NCBI GenBank assembly: GCA_013265495.1 | Contig: MU061578.1 | Span: 5,033,308-5,097,307, forward strand | Origin: Vicugna vicugna | Taxonomy: Eukaryota | DNA length: 64,000 nucleotides | Direction of reading: 5' to 3' | Shown here: positions 61,182-64,000 of the stretch, in pieces | Layout of the letters: each line of letters opens with the position of its first letter | Position numbering within the stretch: the first letter of the stretch is position 1 | Program-made: the position numbers and the translations under genes | The notes under the pieces: model-generated | Told to the model about the DNA's origin: nothing | Database searches by the model: none | The model's input: the letters and a program-made list of their open reading frames with translations, nothing else

Positions 61182-61279
61182 GCTCGCTCGCTCGCTCGCT
61201 CCCTCTCTCTCTCTCTCTCTCTCTCGCTCTCTCTCTCGCTCTCTCGCGCTCTCTCTCGCTCTCGCTCTCTCTTTTTTTT
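61182..61279. repeat. Compound (GCTC)n/(CT)n pyrimidine microsatellite in the 3'UTR
   Basis: Direct reading. Confidence 0.95.
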
Positions 61280-63166
61280 AAATGCTAAAATGATGTTATT
61301 ACTGGTGGCCATTTGTGACAGATTTTTCCAAAAGCCGATTTCCTTATTTTCATGGAAAGAATCTGGTTATGCTTGCATGTTACCTTCCCATCCCTGCTGC
61401 TGTGGCTTTCAAGTGCTTGGTGATATTTTCAGAATCTACTTTGTGTCCACAATGGTACTGAATTTGCATCTGCACAGTCAGCAGAGATAAAGTGTTGAAC
61501 TGACCTTGCCACATACTTAGTGGATGATTTGTAATTAAGTTTATAGACTCAGAAAGTACTTTAGGCCATTTGGAATCAGTAAAAGAACAAAGACTCTACT
61601 TGAACAACCATGTAGACAGTTGGATTTTATAGAAGTGTATTTGGCCTGCGCTCCCACCTCCCCAATGTTTTTCAAATTGAGGGACTCCGGCCATCTTAGT
61701 ACAGTAGAGCACACTGGCTAGGTTTTTCCATTGTAGAATGTAATTGCCCTGGCTGATAAGGATTTAAGGATTTCTCTTACCCTCTTGCCCATAGTGTTGC
61801 AGGTTGCCTAGTTATCTTTAAGTCCAGACAACCCAGATTTGGTTTCTTTCTTAATTTTTCCACTTTAGTTTGGGGTCTGTCAGTTCTGAGGGAAAAGATG
61901 CATGAGAAATTTTTCTAGGTGCCATGCTCCATGCCACTTGATTATGCCAGAGATGATGGCCAGATTGTGCAGAATTAGGTCTTCTCCCCTCCCCTGACAC
62001 TCCAAGACCCCCTCTCTCCTGGTCAGTCCACAGACTGAGGATGCTTACTGCCCAGACTGCAGAGGTTGCAGCCACCCTGCGAGCATGGTGAAGGTACTAT
62101 TCTTGGAGATGTTGCCATATGCGTTTTTCCATATTGTTTCTTTTCATATCCAAACGTAACATGAACTGATGGTGACTCAAGTGGGTGTGGTCCTTCCCTC
62201 TTAGGCAGCCTACATGGCAAGTGCCTTAAACCAGGGCAGGAGTCACTCCCAGAGCCTCCAAGGGGTGCAGGCTGCTGGCTCAAGATTGCAGGGTTGTAAA
62301 TCAGGCTGCCTCGAGAACCGGTCTGGGGAGAAAGCTCTTCCAGCAAAGAGCAGTTTTATCTGTAGCTCAGACAGCCTTGGTGGGCAACTGAACTAGCCTA
62401 CATGTATACCTGAATTTCCTCCAGAACTCATTTCTTCGATATGAAGAAATACCAAACTTTATGTACAGAGAACTTTTACAAAAGGCACACCTTTTTTAGC
62501 TGTGTAATCCACCCTAATCTAACCCGTCTGGCTGAGTGACTGAATAGGGGTCATTTTGCTGGTGAAAAGCCTCTATCACGATCGTAAGTACTGATTGGAC
62601 ATTGACAAAATTAAATTTTTTGCAATATTTAGAGCTGCTGTAGCTGTTCCTTAACAACACAAAATAGGATGAATCAAATAGTACGTTAGCTGTCTTTCAG
62701 GTTGGTGGCAGTCAGTTAGAACGTGTAATATTCTCTACCTGGTCTGTAGCTGTAACTGTGATGTACAGACAAAGCAAAAATTAAGAAAAAAAACTTATGA
62801 AAACAAATAATGCAATGATATTAGGATATACACTTTTGTATTTTTATTCTTATATAAGGTTATTTGCTGGCTATTGTTGGCCTCTAGTTCAGTCTGTGTT
62901 ATTTAAAATCTAATATATGAATTTGGATTGAATTCATGTTCGGGGCCACGTTGTTGTATGTATTGATGTACAGCCTTGAATGTGAATAATTATTGTAAAC
63001 TATATTTTACAACTTTTTTTCTGGCTTTATTATATAAATTTTCTATTTGGTCGATGATTTAATCATATCATAATTTAATGAATCTGTTTATTCTTTTTTT
63101 CAGATATTTGTGCTTTAGATGTAGTTACCGGATGATGAATTTTCCACGTATGCTCGGTAGTCTTGT

Positions 63167-63172
63167 AATAAA
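63167..63172 (+). terminator. PDPK1 distal polyadenylation signal AATAAA
   Basis: Canonical hexamer with upstream TGTA motifs and a pyrimidine-rich stretch downstream (about 63205-63218). Confidence 0.8.
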
Positions 63173-63199
63173 AAAGCATGTAGAGTGTAGACGTTCACT

Positions 63200-64000
63200 G
63201 ACGTAGCTCTCTTCCTTTGGCCAGGGCGCGGGTCGGGCGTTGTCGGGCTACCTGGATTCGGGGCCAGGAATCCGGCGTCCGGACACCGCACGCTCCCGGC
63301 GGCGGCCGGCGAGCCCTTCTCAAACCCTACAGTCTCGGATCCACCGCCCCCTGTCGCGGACCACGCAGCGCCAGGCTCCGGCCGGAAGGGGGCACGGCCG
63401 GCCGTTTTTCCGGACCGGAACTTCCGCCTCCCGCGTGACGCCAGGGTGGGTGCTTTACGAGGGCGGACCCGTGGGCGGGACAGAGCTCGGAGGACTGTAT
63501 TAAAGGCCGGACGCTTCCGGTGGAGAGGCGCTGTGGCGGGGCTTGCTGGGATCATGGCGGAGAATCACTGCGAGCTGTTACCGCCGGCCCCGGGCGGCCT
63601 CGGGGCGGGGCTGGGGGGCGGCCTGTGCCGCCGCTGCAGCGCGGGGCTAGGCGCCTTGGCCCAGCGTCCCGGCAGCGTGTCCAAGTGGGTCCGGCTCAAC
63701 GTCGGCGGCACCTACTTCCTCACCACCCGGCAGACGCTGTGCCGGGATCCGAAATCCTTCCTGTACCGTTTGTGCCAGGCCGACCCCGACCTGGACTCGG
63801 ACAAGGTGAGGGCCGTGCGGGCCAGCCAGGAGGGTGCGGGCCGCCCCGGTCGGCGGCTCGCTGCGGGCCGCCCCGCTGCACGCCCCCTGCCCCACACTGA
63901 GGAGACCCGCCCGGGCTCCGAGCCCCGCGCTCCCTGGTCGCCAGCTCGACCCGAGCGCTCCCCGCCCCCAACCCCGACTCCTTGTCCTGGGTCGGGGAAG
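63200..64000. promoter_or_regulatory. CpG island / KCTD5 promoter and 5' end
   Basis: Abrupt switch to very high GC and CpG density. ETS-like motifs CCGGAAG (63382), ACTTCCG (63420) and CTTCCGG (63514); CRE-like half-site TGACG (63436-63440). Confidence 0.9.
63554..63805 (+). CDS. KCTD5: KCTD5 exon 1 (BTB/POZ T1-type domain N-terminus, Cullin-3 adaptor); gene continues beyond the window
   Basis: ATCATGG start encodes [84 protein letters not shown], followed by AAG|GTGAGG donor. Confidence 0.96.

Larger units (their letters stand above)
57429..63192 (+). other. PDPK1: PDPK1 long 3'UTR (about 5.7 kb; 3' end approximate)
   Basis: Follows the stop codon. The AT-rich distal block carries many UGUA motifs and leads to AATAAA just before the CpG island. 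Confidence 0.8.

Noticed and set aside
61106..61490. RE-repeat and LS-repeat ORFs
   Set aside because: Translations of the CT microsatellite
63520..63900. 126-aa ORF over the CpG island
   Set aside because: Wrong frame; the KCTD5 frame starts at ATG 63554 and is not listed in the ORF track
1..64000. Prokaryotic-type systems (CRISPR arrays, operons, defence islands) and intronic snoRNA/miRNA genes
   Set aside because: The DNA is a mammalian intron-rich locus with no spaced repeat arrays. I could not support any snoRNA or miRNA hairpin by eye; an Infernal/Rfam scan would be needed.

Overview
This is mammalian genomic DNA, most likely camelid, judging by three vic-1-like tRNA-Ala-derived SINEs, short young L1 3' ends, and no recognisable Alu, B1/B2, Bov-tA, PRE-1 or Can-SINE. 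The window holds PDPK1 (PDK1 kinase) on the + strand. Bases 1-23471 are the distal part of intron 1, with exon 1 lying upstream. Coding exons 2-14 span 23472-57428, all with GT-AG ends and a continuous frame of 1653 nt including the stop. A 3'UTR of about 5.7 kb ends at AATAAA 63167-63172. The CpG-island promoter and first coding exon of KCTD5 follow immediately (ATG 63554, donor after 63805). The introns contain MIR, L2, L1, MER20, an LTR fragment and a ~2.1 kb hAT-Charlie transposase fossil. The most notable observations are a U12-type intron 4, a PDPK1 poly(A) signal only ~380 nt from the KCTD5 ATG with phase-compatible read-through splicing, a last intron that is fully open in frame, an in-frame alternative donor at exon 9, and four miR-375 seed matches. 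I found no evidence of a wholly new biological system; the findings are mostly testable regulatory hypotheses. Comparisons to human proteins and repeat families are from recall, and repeat boundaries are approximate.
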